A stretch of 64,000 nucleotides of DNA from Coraliomargarita sp. (GTDB lineage: Bacteria; Verrucomicrobiota; Verrucomicrobiia; Opitutales; Coraliomargaritaceae), in the NCBI GenBank assembly GCA_965216325.1, contig OZ244160.1, forward strand, positions 800,001-864,000, in the 5' to 3' direction. Positions 53,951 through 64,000 of the stretch are shown piece after piece (the stretch's first letter is position 1; every line of letters starts with the position of its first letter). The notes beneath the pieces were generated by a model, which saw nothing but the letters and a program-made list of their open reading frames with translations, was not told the DNA's origin and did not search any database. Both the position numbers and the translations under genes were made by a program.

Positions 53951-54844
53951 CTACGAATTAAAAATTTCGGTTCCGACGCCTTTGTCGGTAAAGATTTCAA
54001 GAAGGAGGCTGTGTGGTTGCTCTCCGTCAATAAAGTGAACGCGGTGCACGCCACTGTTGAGGGCTTTCACTGCGCTGTCTGTCTTCGGGATCATACCTTT
54101 GCTGATAGTGCCGTCGGCAACGAGGCCTGCGACTTCCTCGGTCTTCAGTGAGGACATCAGTGATTCGGGATCGTTGATGTCGCGCATGAGGCCGGGCACA
54201 TCGCACAGGTAGACTAATCGTCGTGCGCGGAGTGCGCCCGCTACGCGAGCAGCAGCCGCATCGGCATTGGTGTTGTAAACTTGACCGTCTTCATCGCAGG
54301 CAACCGGAGAGATGACTGGAATATAGCCATCATTGAGTGCCTTCTTGATGATCTTGGTTTTGACCGTGTGTGTTTCACCCACGAAGCCCACGTCCACGGA
54401 TTCGCCATCGACCACGACTTCTTTCTTGTCGCAGACGAGGATGTTGTTGCCGGGAATGCCGAGCGGACGTGCGTTCTTGGCTTGGAGGATCTCACAGATC
54501 TCTAGGTTGACGACTTTGTTGAGTGTGTGGTCGACCACTTTGACGGACTCTGCGGTTGTGACACGTAGGCCATGTTCGAAGCGGGTTTCGACATTGGATT
54601 CAGCCAAGGCGCGGGTGATCGCCTTGCCGCCACCGTGCACGACGACGACTTTGATACCGACGGAGTGTAGGAATGCGATGTCCGTTGCCACGCGTGTGCG
54701 CACCTTCGGATCTGCGTCGTCCATGAATGCGCCGCCATATTTTACCACAAAGATCGCGTCGCGGAAGCGCTGGATATACGGGAGTGCTTCCAGCAGCACG
54801 GCTGACTTTGTAGTGGCGTCGAGATGGTCGGTTTTGGTGGTCAT
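53951..54844 (-). CDS. argB: Acetylglutamate kinase
   Basis: VVKYGG, VHGGG, GLRVT, NTNAD, GMIPK. Confidence 0.95.
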   Translation of the reverse strand: MTTKTDHLDATTKSAVLLEALPYIQRFRDAIFVVKYGGAFMDDADPKVRTRVATDIAFLHSVGIKVVVVHGGGKAITRALAESNVETRFEHGLRVTTAESVKVVDHTLNKVVNLEICEILQAKNARPLGIPGNNILVCDKKEVVVDGESVDVGFVGETHTVKTKIIKKALNDGYIPVISPVACDEDGQVYNTNADAAAARVAGALRARRLVYLCDVPGLMRDINDPESLMSSLKTEEVAGLVADGTISKGMIPKTDSAVKALNSGVHRVHFIDGEQPHSLLLEIFTDKGVGTEIFNS

Positions 54845-54850
54845 TGGTGG

Positions 54851-54979
54851 GAACATCGAACATCGAACGTCGAACATTGAACGTTCAACTTCGAATGAAG
54901 TGTTATGAAAGTATTATTCGTAAAAGTGAGTTTTTGCTGATTCGAAGTTCAAAGTTGGACGTTCGATGTTCAACGTTCG
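54851..54979. repeat. Inverted heptamer array between argJ and argB
   Basis: (GAACATC/GAACGTC)n and (GTTCGAT)n arms. Confidence 0.85.
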
Positions 54980-54997
54980 TGGATTTTAATAAATGCG

Positions 54998-56224
<1,227 letters not shown>

Positions 56225-56229
56225 TGTGG

Positions 56230-56349
56230 GAACATTGAATGTCGAACTTTGAACGTCCAACTTCGAATAGATTGATTGTTAACTGTTTATGTCAGGCGTT
56301 GAGCGTGGTGATTCAAAATTCGATGTTGAGCGTTCGATGTTCGACGTTC
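56230..56349. repeat. Inverted heptamer array between argC and argJ
   Basis: Same unit as 54851-54979. Confidence 0.85.
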
Positions 56350-57370
56350 ACACGAGTCCGGCAGTTTCTTCGAAACCGAACTTAAGATTCATGAGCTGCA
56401 CGGCTTGGCCGCTAGCGCCTTTGAGGAGATTATCGATCACCGAAGTGATCACAAAGTTTTCAGTCCGCGGATCGTAGACCGCAGAAATGTCGCACCGGTT
56501 GGTGCCGGTTACATGCTTGGTGTCCGGATAGGTTCCAGTTGGCAGCACTTGGACAAATGGCTTGTCGGCGTAGGCCGAGTTCCAGGTGCTGTAAACTGTG
56601 TCGATGCCAGTCTTGGCTTTAGCCACGATGGTGGTTGAGATGCCTCGCGACATGGGCGCGAGGTGTGGATTGAATTGCACTACGCAGTCTGCGAAGGCGG
56701 CTTTCTCGAGCTGCTCTTCGATTTCCGATAGGTGGCGGTGCTTGGGCAGGCCGTAGGCCTTCATACTCTCGTTGCGCTCGCAGTAGATAAAGTCTTCGGC
56801 GACTTTGCGTCCTGCGCCGCTCACACCACTGTAGCTGTTGATTACGATGCCTTTGGGATCGATGAGTCCAGCTTTGAGCAGTGGGATTAAGGGCACTTGG
56901 ATACTGGTTGGGTAGCACCCCGGGCAGGCGATCAGGGATGCCTTTTTCCAGCTGTCGTCCGCGAGTTCCGGGATGACATATGGAGCGGCGTCGAGCAGGT
57001 GTGGTGCCGGGTGCGGGTGGCCGTAGTAGTCTTCGTAGATCCGTGTGGAGTTGAGCCGGAAGTCAGCACTCAAATCGATCACGGTTTTGCCCGCTTGGTA
57101 GAGTGGATCGGCAAATTCGGAAGCCACGCCGTGTGGGAGGGCGAGGAAAATGATGTCGAGCTCGTCGTTGGCAGCGAGTTCAGCTGGATCTGAACTGGTG
57201 AATTCCAACTCACCCACTGCGTGTCGCAGCGCAGGCATCACATCGGCGACCTTTTTGCCCGCAAGTGAGCGCGAAGTCACTGCCGCGAGTTCCACTTGTG
57301 GGTGCCGCGAGAGTAACTTGACGAGTTCTTCTCCGCCATAGCCAGAGGCTCCGATGACTGCTGCTTTCAT
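56348..57370 (-). CDS. argC: N-acetyl-gamma-glutamyl-phosphate reductase
   Basis: GASGY.G, DLSADFRL, PGCYPT, SGVSGAG, DNLLKGASGQA. Confidence 0.96.
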   Translation of the reverse strand: MKAAVIGASGYGGEELVKLLSRHPQVELAAVTSRSLAGKKVADVMPALRHAVGELEFTSSDPAELAANDELDIIFLALPHGVASEFADPLYQAGKTVIDLSADFRLNSTRIYEDYYGHPHPAPHLLDAAPYVIPELADDSWKKASLIACPGCYPTSIQVPLIPLLKAGLIDPKGIVINSYSGVSGAGRKVAEDFIYCERNESMKAYGLPKHRHLSEIEEQLEKAAFADCVVQFNPHLAPMSRGISTTIVAKAKTGIDTVYSTWNSAYADKPFVQVLPTGTYPDTKHVTGTNRCDISAVYDPRTENFVITSVIDNLLKGASGQAVQLMNLKFGFEETAGLV

Positions 57371-57418
57371 TTTGAGATGCGGTAAAACCGCGATAAATTA
57401 AGATGAGTGAAAATAGGG

Positions 57419-57466
<48 letters not shown>

Positions 57467-57491
57467 GCAAAAACTGCGTCCTTGCCGCGTA

Positions 57492-57897
<406 letters not shown>

Positions 57898-57924
57898 TGT
57901 ATTAAAAGTGGTAATTAAGCCCGA

Positions 57925-58350
<426 letters not shown>

Positions 58351-58507
58351 GATTTCTTGGAAAAAGGGGAGGAAACTAGGTTCGGCGGCTTGCCTGTCAA
58401 TTGGAATTTTGGAGATTTTTCACATCTACCTGATTTTTTATTGCCAAAGCAGGCTCTGGCGTCATTTTCCCCTGCTTTTCCACATAATAACTAGAGGAGA
58501 ACTTACT

Positions 58508-58723
58508 TTGAGAGACGACTACCTACATCAAGCACAAGAAGTGATTACCGACCCGATGATCCTGATCAATGTGGTCTCGCGTCGTGCGAAGCAACTGAAA
58601 AGCGGCTACAAGCCACTGATCGAGTCTCTTGAGCGCTTGTCCGCTGAGGATATGGCTCTCCGCGAGATTATTGAAGGTAAGATCACTTACCAGCTCGACG
58701 AAGGCGAAGAGGTCGAAGCGTAA
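58508..58723 (+). CDS. rpoZ: RNA polymerase omega subunit
   Basis: TTG start after AGAGGAG; LINVVSRRAKQL and ALREIIEGKI. Confidence 0.85.
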   Translation: MRDDYLHQAQEVITDPMILINVVSRRAKQLKSGYKPLIESLERLSAEDMALREIIEGKITYQLDEGEEVEA

Positions 58724-58815
58724 ATCGAATTTCGATGCTCCGCATGTTATAATCGGGAGCATTTGTAACTTTCAGTGCGGGACGGCTACAATCGTCCCGC
58801 ATCTTTTTTGTCCCT

Positions 58816-59295
58816 ATGTGTGCTAAGAAGAAAAAGCCGGACGACCGCTATAAGGAAATCCGCAATGCCAAGGCGAACCACAATTATTTTGTGGGGGAGC
58901 GCTTTGAAGCTGGCATCCAGCTGCTGGGCACTGAGGTAAAAGCGATCCGTAATGGTAACGCACAGCTCGGAGAGTCGTTCTGTCGCATTGAGAAGGGTCA
59001 GGTATGGCTCTATAATTCGCACATCGGGCACTACGAATTTGGTAATTTCCAAAATCACCCACCTCGTCGGAAGCGCAAATTGCTCCTGAATCGTCGCGAG
59101 ATTAACAAATTGATCGGTGCGATTGATGCGGGTGGTAAGACCTTGGTGCCGTTGCGCATCTATATGAAGCACGGTTTGATCAAGATCGAGATCGCGCTGT
59201 GCACGGGTAAAAAGCTGCACGACAAGCGTGAGACCTTGAAACGCAAGGTGGTGATGCGCGAGGCCGAGCGTGAAATGCGCGGCGGGCGTCGCTGA
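58816..59295 (+). CDS. smpB: SsrA-binding protein
   Basis: EAGIQLLGTEVKAIR, RKLLL, GKKLHDKRE. Confidence 0.97.
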   Translation: MCAKKKKPDDRYKEIRNAKANHNYFVGERFEAGIQLLGTEVKAIRNGNAQLGESFCRIEKGQVWLYNSHIGHYEFGNFQNHPPRRKRKLLLNRREINKLIGAIDAGGKTLVPLRIYMKHGLIKIEIALCTGKKLHDKRETLKRKVVMREAEREMRGGRR

Positions 59296-59304
59296 GTGCT
59301 TGGT

Positions 59305-59386
59305 CGCAGGGGCTTTGCTTGTGAAGCCCGCAGTCAGAACGGGAAGTTATTGCTCGGTGTCGGGCTTCGCGAGCAAAGCCCCTGCG
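59305..59386. repeat. REP-like inverted pair (related single copies at 8567-8594 and 46177-46203)
   Basis: CGCAGGGGCTTTGCTTGTGAAGCCCG and CGGGCTTCGCGAGCAAAGCCCCTGCG. Confidence 0.8.
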
Positions 59387-59429
59387 CTTTCAACACTGCC
59401 TTTAGTCAGTGTCATGCGGTAAGCGCCAT

Positions 59430-60695
59430 TCAGCTGTTTTCGGTGTATTTGAAATACCGCTCGTCGGCCAGGCTTTCAATCAAGTGCTGCGAGGTCGCGC
59501 TGTCATCGCTCAAATTGCGCACTTCTTCTTTGCTGATACGGTCGCGTTGGCTGAGTGCCATCGCATTGCGAATTACGCGGCAGAGCTTTGCATAGTCGAA
59601 GGTCGCGCAGTTTGCCTGTAGATACTTAATTGCCGAGCTGGAGATCGTGCGTGTGCGCAGGAAGGGGTGGGCCATACGCAATGTGCTGAAAATATTGTGC
59701 ACGATCATCGCAATATCGTCCTCGCGCGACTCCATCGTTGGCATGGCTAGAGGCGTGCTTTGTTTGCGGACTGCCTTGAAGACTGGTTTGACGCCGCTGG
59801 GGAAGTAAGCTTCAGAGTCGTTCACATGACCCACGATCAGTTGGAGTGGAGCATCTTTAATTTCGAAGAGTTTGTCCAGGAAGCTCGCGAGCTCTATGGC
59901 TGAGTTGCTACTCCAGTCTTCGGTTAGGCCCAGGTAGCAGTAAACTTTATGGTCACCGGCCTGGCCCTCTTTGAGGATTTTTTCGAGAACCTCCGCATCC
60001 AAGTGCATCGGGTCGAGTGCGTAGAGTGGGCTGGAGTCACCACTTGCACGGAAGTTCAATTCTCGTGCAACGAGTTCAAATTCGGCGCCTTCGTCTCCCT
60101 CTAATAAAATAATAGGCCTTTGATCGAGTTTGGTATCCATTTCGACCAGAAAATTCTGCATCACCATACTGTGTGCTTGAAGGTAGCGCGCGATTGTCGG
60201 GGACCTGAAGATCGGCAGCGCATTTGATGGCTGTGTGACGGCTTGGGAAGCTGTCTTTGGCGTTGTCTCAGCTTTACGCGCTACCTTACGAGCAACCTTC
60301 TTACGTGCCTTCTTTTTCTTGGCCGCTTTTTGGGCGATTTCTCGCAGTATTGATTGGACCCGTGCAAGTGCGCGGTCCGTATTGCTTGGCAGTAGCAGGT
60401 AGTTTTCGACGCCTGCTGGGCACTGGCTGCTTTCAATGCTGGTTTGTTCGGTCAAGCGCTCAAAGGTGACGAGGTTGGTGCGCTTGCAGCTTGTGTAAAG
60501 TGGTTCAAATGCCCAGATCAGCTCTTCCAGCTGCATGTCGTAAAACACGGCATCGGCCTTGTTTAGCTTTCGAATTGCTTTGAGGAGCGGCTCCAGAGAC
60601 TCGTGAAACACATGCTCGTGTTCGAGCTCTTTCAAAAGCTCTGCAAGTTGCTTTTGTGCGGCAGGGTCTTGGGTCAGCAGGTGGATCATGGGCAA
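59430..60695 (-). CDS. Degenerate NtrC/sigma54-activator-like protein
   Basis: Receiver-like N-terminus; ILLEGDEGAEFELVARELN and MPTMESREDDI resemble bEBP motifs but lack the Walker A lysine and GAFTGA. Confidence 0.6.
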   Translation of the reverse strand: MPMIHLLTQDPAAQKQLAELLKELEHEHVFHESLEPLLKAIRKLNKADAVFYDMQLEELIWAFEPLYTSCKRTNLVTFERLTEQTSIESSQCPAGVENYLLLPSNTDRALARVQSILREIAQKAAKKKKARKKVARKVARKAETTPKTASQAVTQPSNALPIFRSPTIARYLQAHSMVMQNFLVEMDTKLDQRPIILLEGDEGAEFELVARELNFRASGDSSPLYALDPMHLDAEVLEKILKEGQAGDHKVYCYLGLTEDWSSNSAIELASFLDKLFEIKDAPLQLIVGHVNDSEAYFPSGVKPVFKAVRKQSTPLAMPTMESREDDIAMIVHNIFSTLRMAHPFLRTRTISSSAIKYLQANCATFDYAKLCRVIRNAMALSQRDRISKEEVRNLSDDSATSQHLIESLADERYFKYTENS

Positions 60696-60811
60696 ATGTT
60701 GGTTTGATTTAGTTCAAAACCAACTGGTCAATAGTCACAATCATCATCTATCTGCTTACCTGAATGCAAGTAGCGTATGTAAAAATAAGTAATTATTGCA
60801 GCTTTTTTACG

Positions 60812-63800
60812 TTAAGGCATCTGCTGCAGTTTATTAGATAAGCGCTGGGTCGTTCGGTAATCGATCTTACCGCTACCGAGTAGTGGTATTTGTTCAACGA
60901 AGATCCAGTCATTGGCTTTCGGTTTCCAGAGGTTGGGGACCTTGAGCTCGCTCAGGCGTCGTTGTATCTCCTCGATGCTAAATTTGCTATTGGAATACAC
61001 CACTGCGATTCGCTCGCCTTTGCGTTCATCTTGGATGCGCAGGGCAACGAGCTGATCAGGTTGTAGTGTGAATGCCTCCTGTAGTGCTTTTTCGACGACA
61101 GCGAGTGAGATCATTTCGCCGCCAATTTTGCAGAAGCGGGATAGGCGTCCAGTGATTGCAAAGAAGCCATCTTCGTCGAGCACGCCCATATCTCCGGTGT
61201 TATACCATCCATGTTGTATGGCATCATTCGTTAAGTCATCGCGATTCAAGTAACCATGCATCACATTTGGCCCTTTTATGTGAATGAGGCCTTCCGCTCT
61301 CGGTTGGAGCGTTTTGCCGGTATCCGGATCGGTGATACGGATGGCCATACCTGGTAGCACGCGCCCCAGGCGATCGGGGCGATTGCCAGTTTCGGGTAGT
61401 TTGTCGACTTCAACGTTTGGCAAGCTGAGTGCGCAAACTGGAGATAGTTCGGTGGCTCCATAGCCTTCGTAGGGACGAATACCGAAGCGCTTTTCAAACA
61501 TGTCGGCTATTCGTGGCTGCAGCTTTTCGGCACCGGTGAAGGTGTAGCGGAGGTATTTGAATTGTTCTGGCTTAACCTTGCGGATGTAGGCGAGTAGGAA
61601 ACTGGGGGTTGTGAGTAAAATGCTGCCTTGGTTGTCTTCGGCGAGCTTGCCCACAGCGGTCGCTTCGAGTGGATTGTTGTGGCTCGCGATGGTTAAGCCC
61701 GAGAGTAGTGGGAACCAGAAAGTTGCTGTGTAACCAAAGGAATGGAATACTGGCAGTGTCGCGAGCATGACATCATCACGTTGTGGACTAATCACGCTTC
61801 GAAACGAGGTGATGTTCGAGAGTATATTGTAGTGACTGAGCATGACTCCCTTGGGTTCCGAGGTGGATCCGCTTGAGAACAGCACAGTTGCGACGTCATC
61901 TGGCTGAGGGGCTGTTTTGTTCGAGAGCATGGTCGTGGGTAGGCAGCGGGCGATGAAGGTGTAGCGTAGCTTCTCAAACTTGCTAACCGTGGCCATCAGG
62001 TCTTCGATGTAGAGGGTGTTTTCTGGTAGGTGGAGCTCGGTAAAGCGTTCGATGAATTGACGGGAAGTCAGCACTGTGCGCATCGAGCATTGTTCGATGG
62101 TAGACTGAAAGGTGTCAGTGGGCAGGGTGTAGTTCAGGTTGGCACTGACCCGTCCGGCTAAATCCACTGCTATGTTTGCTAGGCTAGCGCCGATGCCAGT
62201 TGGCAACAAGATGCCAATATGCTGTTCCTGTAATGTAATTGATTTCTGGATACGTGACTTGAGGATTAGGCTTCCCGTTAATAACTCGCCGTAAGAGACT
62301 TGCTTACCACTACTTTGGATTTGAGCGGTCTTGGACCAGTTGCGACGAGCCGATTCAATGAACTCGGTGCTTAGCTGCTTGCTGTCCTGTTTGTTGGATT
62401 CGAAGTGCGTTACCGATAGTTCGCTGACCGCTTGTTGCACTTCAAAGCTGCTTGAGTTGGACGGCATGGCCTTGCCGTAGTGGACGCTTACCTTGTAGCG
62501 AAAGTCTTTCAAGGGGCGTAGCTGTGGCATGCCATTGTAGTAGCTCGATACGCTGCCCCAGGCGCCACCAATGTAGACGGGGATAATTGGATGATTGCTG
62601 CCTTTTACAATCCGTTCGAAGCCAGGCTTGAACGGACGCATCATGCCGGTGCGACTGAGTGCGCCTTCTGCGAAGATGCACACGAGATAACCTTCATCCA
62701 GAGCGTTACGAGCAGTCTTGAGTGATTTGATGAGCTGCTTTGGGCCGTCGCTATCTTGGATGAGCACGACCTTGGCGATATCGACTACCATACGCACCAG
62801 CCAGTTGGAGTTGTTGTAGAAGTTCCGCGACATGAGCATACGGATCCGGCGCTGCTGGCTCGACATGATGAGCACGGCATCCATCAGACTGACGTGATTG
62901 CAGACAAGTAAGGCTGGCTTGTCTGTTGGGAGGTTCTCCAGTCCACGCACACGCAGCCTATAGCAGACGCGCGTGATGCACATGACGACGAATTTGATGA
63001 AGAAGTCCGGCAATACCCAGAGTGCGAAGACAGCAAGACCAGCGAGGAGCAGAGAGAAAATTAGAAAGCCGTTTTGGGCGGAATTGCCGAGGATACTTGA
63101 GTTAAGGTAGAGCAGTCCGCTGGCGATGAGGATGCCAATCCAGCTGGTAAAGGAATTGGCTGCCTGAATCGCTCCAATTCGGTCTCTGGGGCTGCGGAAT
63201 TGAATGAACGCTTCCAGGGGAACAATAAAGAGCCCGGCAGCAAAGCCGAGTATTGCCATGCAGATTGCAGCGAGCGTGAGATTACCTTCACGGAGGAGGC
63301 CAAGCGTTAGCAATGAAGTGCTCATGAGGAATGCTCCAATTGGAACGATGCCGAATTCGATTGAGCGCCCGCTAATCCAACCGGCAAAACTGGAACCGAG
63401 TCCGATGCCAATGGCGGTTAATAGAAAGAGTCGGGTGGATTGTTCGCTGCTTAGACTGAGTTGTTCCGCTCCAAAGCTCAGCACATTGAGTTGGATGAAG
63501 CCTGCGACCAGTGAGAAAACGCCGAGGGCTAGAATCGACAGCAGCAGAAAGCCATCTTTACTGATGTATCGATATGTCTGAATGAGGCTGCCGTAGCCAT
63601 TGAGTCGAAGTTTACGCTCAGGGTGGGCGGGCGAGGGCGCAATGTTCAGCGAGGCCATGAAGCCGAGGCAGGCCACTGCAATGCAAGCAAGTGCGGCTAG
63701 ACCAAAACGACCATCGACGAGTAGACTGATTTCTGGAGCGACTGTGGTTCCGGCGATGATCGCAAGAAAGGTAAAGAGCTGCAGCGCACCGTTGGCTTTG

Positions 63801-64000
63801 GAAAGGGCTGTTGTGGAGACTTGTTCGGGGATGAGTCCATACTTACACGGCCCAAAGAAGGCGCTCTGTGCCGACATCAGGAACATCGTTACATAGAGCA
63901 GAGCATCGATACTAAGTGTCAGAGCCAGTGCGCCGAAGCTCATGACTGCGACTTCAGTTCCTTTGAGTAGAACAATTAGGTGCCGCTTGCTGAACTTGTC
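60812..64000 (-). CDS. aas: MFS/acyltransferase/acyl-ACP synthetase fusion (Aas-like), 5'-truncated by the window edge
   Basis: MFS helices, NHVS..D, FAEG, FSSGSTSEPKG, YEGYGATE, TGD; the frame is open to 64000. Confidence 0.9.
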   Translation of the reverse strand, partial: DKFSKRHLIVLLKGTEVAVMSFGALALTLSIDALLYVTMFLMSAQSAFFGPCKYGLIPEQVSTTALSKANGALQLFTFLAIIAGTTVAPEISLLVDGRFGLAALACIAVACLGFMASLNIAPSPAHPERKLRLNGYGSLIQTYRYISKDGFLLLSILALGVFSLVAGFIQLNVLSFGAEQLSLSSEQSTRLFLLTAIGIGLGSSFAGWISGRSIEFGIVPIGAFLMSTSLLTLGLLREGNLTLAAICMAILGFAAGLFIVPLEAFIQFRSPRDRIGAIQAANSFTSWIGILIASGLLYLNSSILGNSAQNGFLIFSLLLAGLAVFALWVLPDFFIKFVVMCITRVCYRLRVRGLENLPTDKPALLVCNHVSLMDAVLIMSSQQRRIRMLMSRNFYNNSNWLVRMVVDIAKVVLIQDSDGPKQLIKSLKTARNALDEGYLVCIFAEGALSRTGMMRPFKPGFERIVKGSNHPIIPVYIGGAWGSVSSYYNGMPQLRPLKDFRYKVSVHYGKAMPSNSSSFEVQQAVSELSVTHFESNKQDSKQLSTEFIESARRNWSKTAQIQSSGKQVSYGELLTGSLILKSRIQKSITLQEQHIGILLPTGIGASLANIAVDLAGRVSANLNYTLPTDTFQSTIEQCSMRTVLTSRQFIERFTELHLPENTLYIEDLMATVSKFEKLRYTFIARCLPTTMLSNKTAPQPDDVATVLFSSGSTSEPKGVMLSHYNILSNITSFRSVISPQRDDVMLATLPVFHSFGYTATFWFPLLSGLTIASHNNPLEATAVGKLAEDNQGSILLTTPSFLLAYIRKVKPEQFKYLRYTFTGAEKLQPRIADMFEKRFGIRPYEGYGATELSPVCALSLPNVEVDKLPETGNRPDRLGRVLPGMAIRITDPDTGKTLQPRAEGLIHIKGPNVMHGYLNRDDLTNDAIQHGWYNTGDMGVLDEDGFFAITGRLSRFCKIGGEMISLAVVEKALQEAFTLQPDQLVALRIQDERKGERIAVVYSNSKFSIEEIQRRLSELKVPNLWKPKANDWIFVEQIPLLGSGKIDYRTTQRLSNKLQQMP

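Overview
This is a bacterial chromosomal segment. Gene content (Minf_1886-type protein, exosortase, ribosomal protein styles) suggests Verrucomicrobiota, probably Opitutia; that assignment is inference. Most of the window is housekeeping: rpsU, ligA, ybeY-HD-phoH, glgA, trpF, a UvrD-family helicase, menF, tRNA-Arg(ACG), hpf, hrpA, rpmB, tsaD, clpP, rpiB, rpmG, cysS, argCJBDF, rplM-rpsI, rpoZ, smpB and aas. Between ligA and ybeY lies a complete chromosomal integron. Its IntI has an apparently duplicated N-terminal domain, the attI crossover is near 12817, and 10 cassettes can be delimited by R''/R' complementarity. The array contains an inverted tyrosine recombinase + IS91-like HUH transposase module framed as a complete cassette, two cassettes with non-canonical GAT/ATC cores, one ORF-less cassette, a 25-bp half-attC remnant and two toxin-antitoxin cassettes. 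Other notable structure: a 3 x 345-bp tandem repeat that copies a gene's 3' end, many REP-like and short-period inverted repeat arrays (one in frame inside HrpA), a three-gene arrestin-like/ATPase module, a stand-alone tandem AP2-like protein and a degenerate sigma54-activator-like protein. All family calls come from motif recognition by eye, not database searches.
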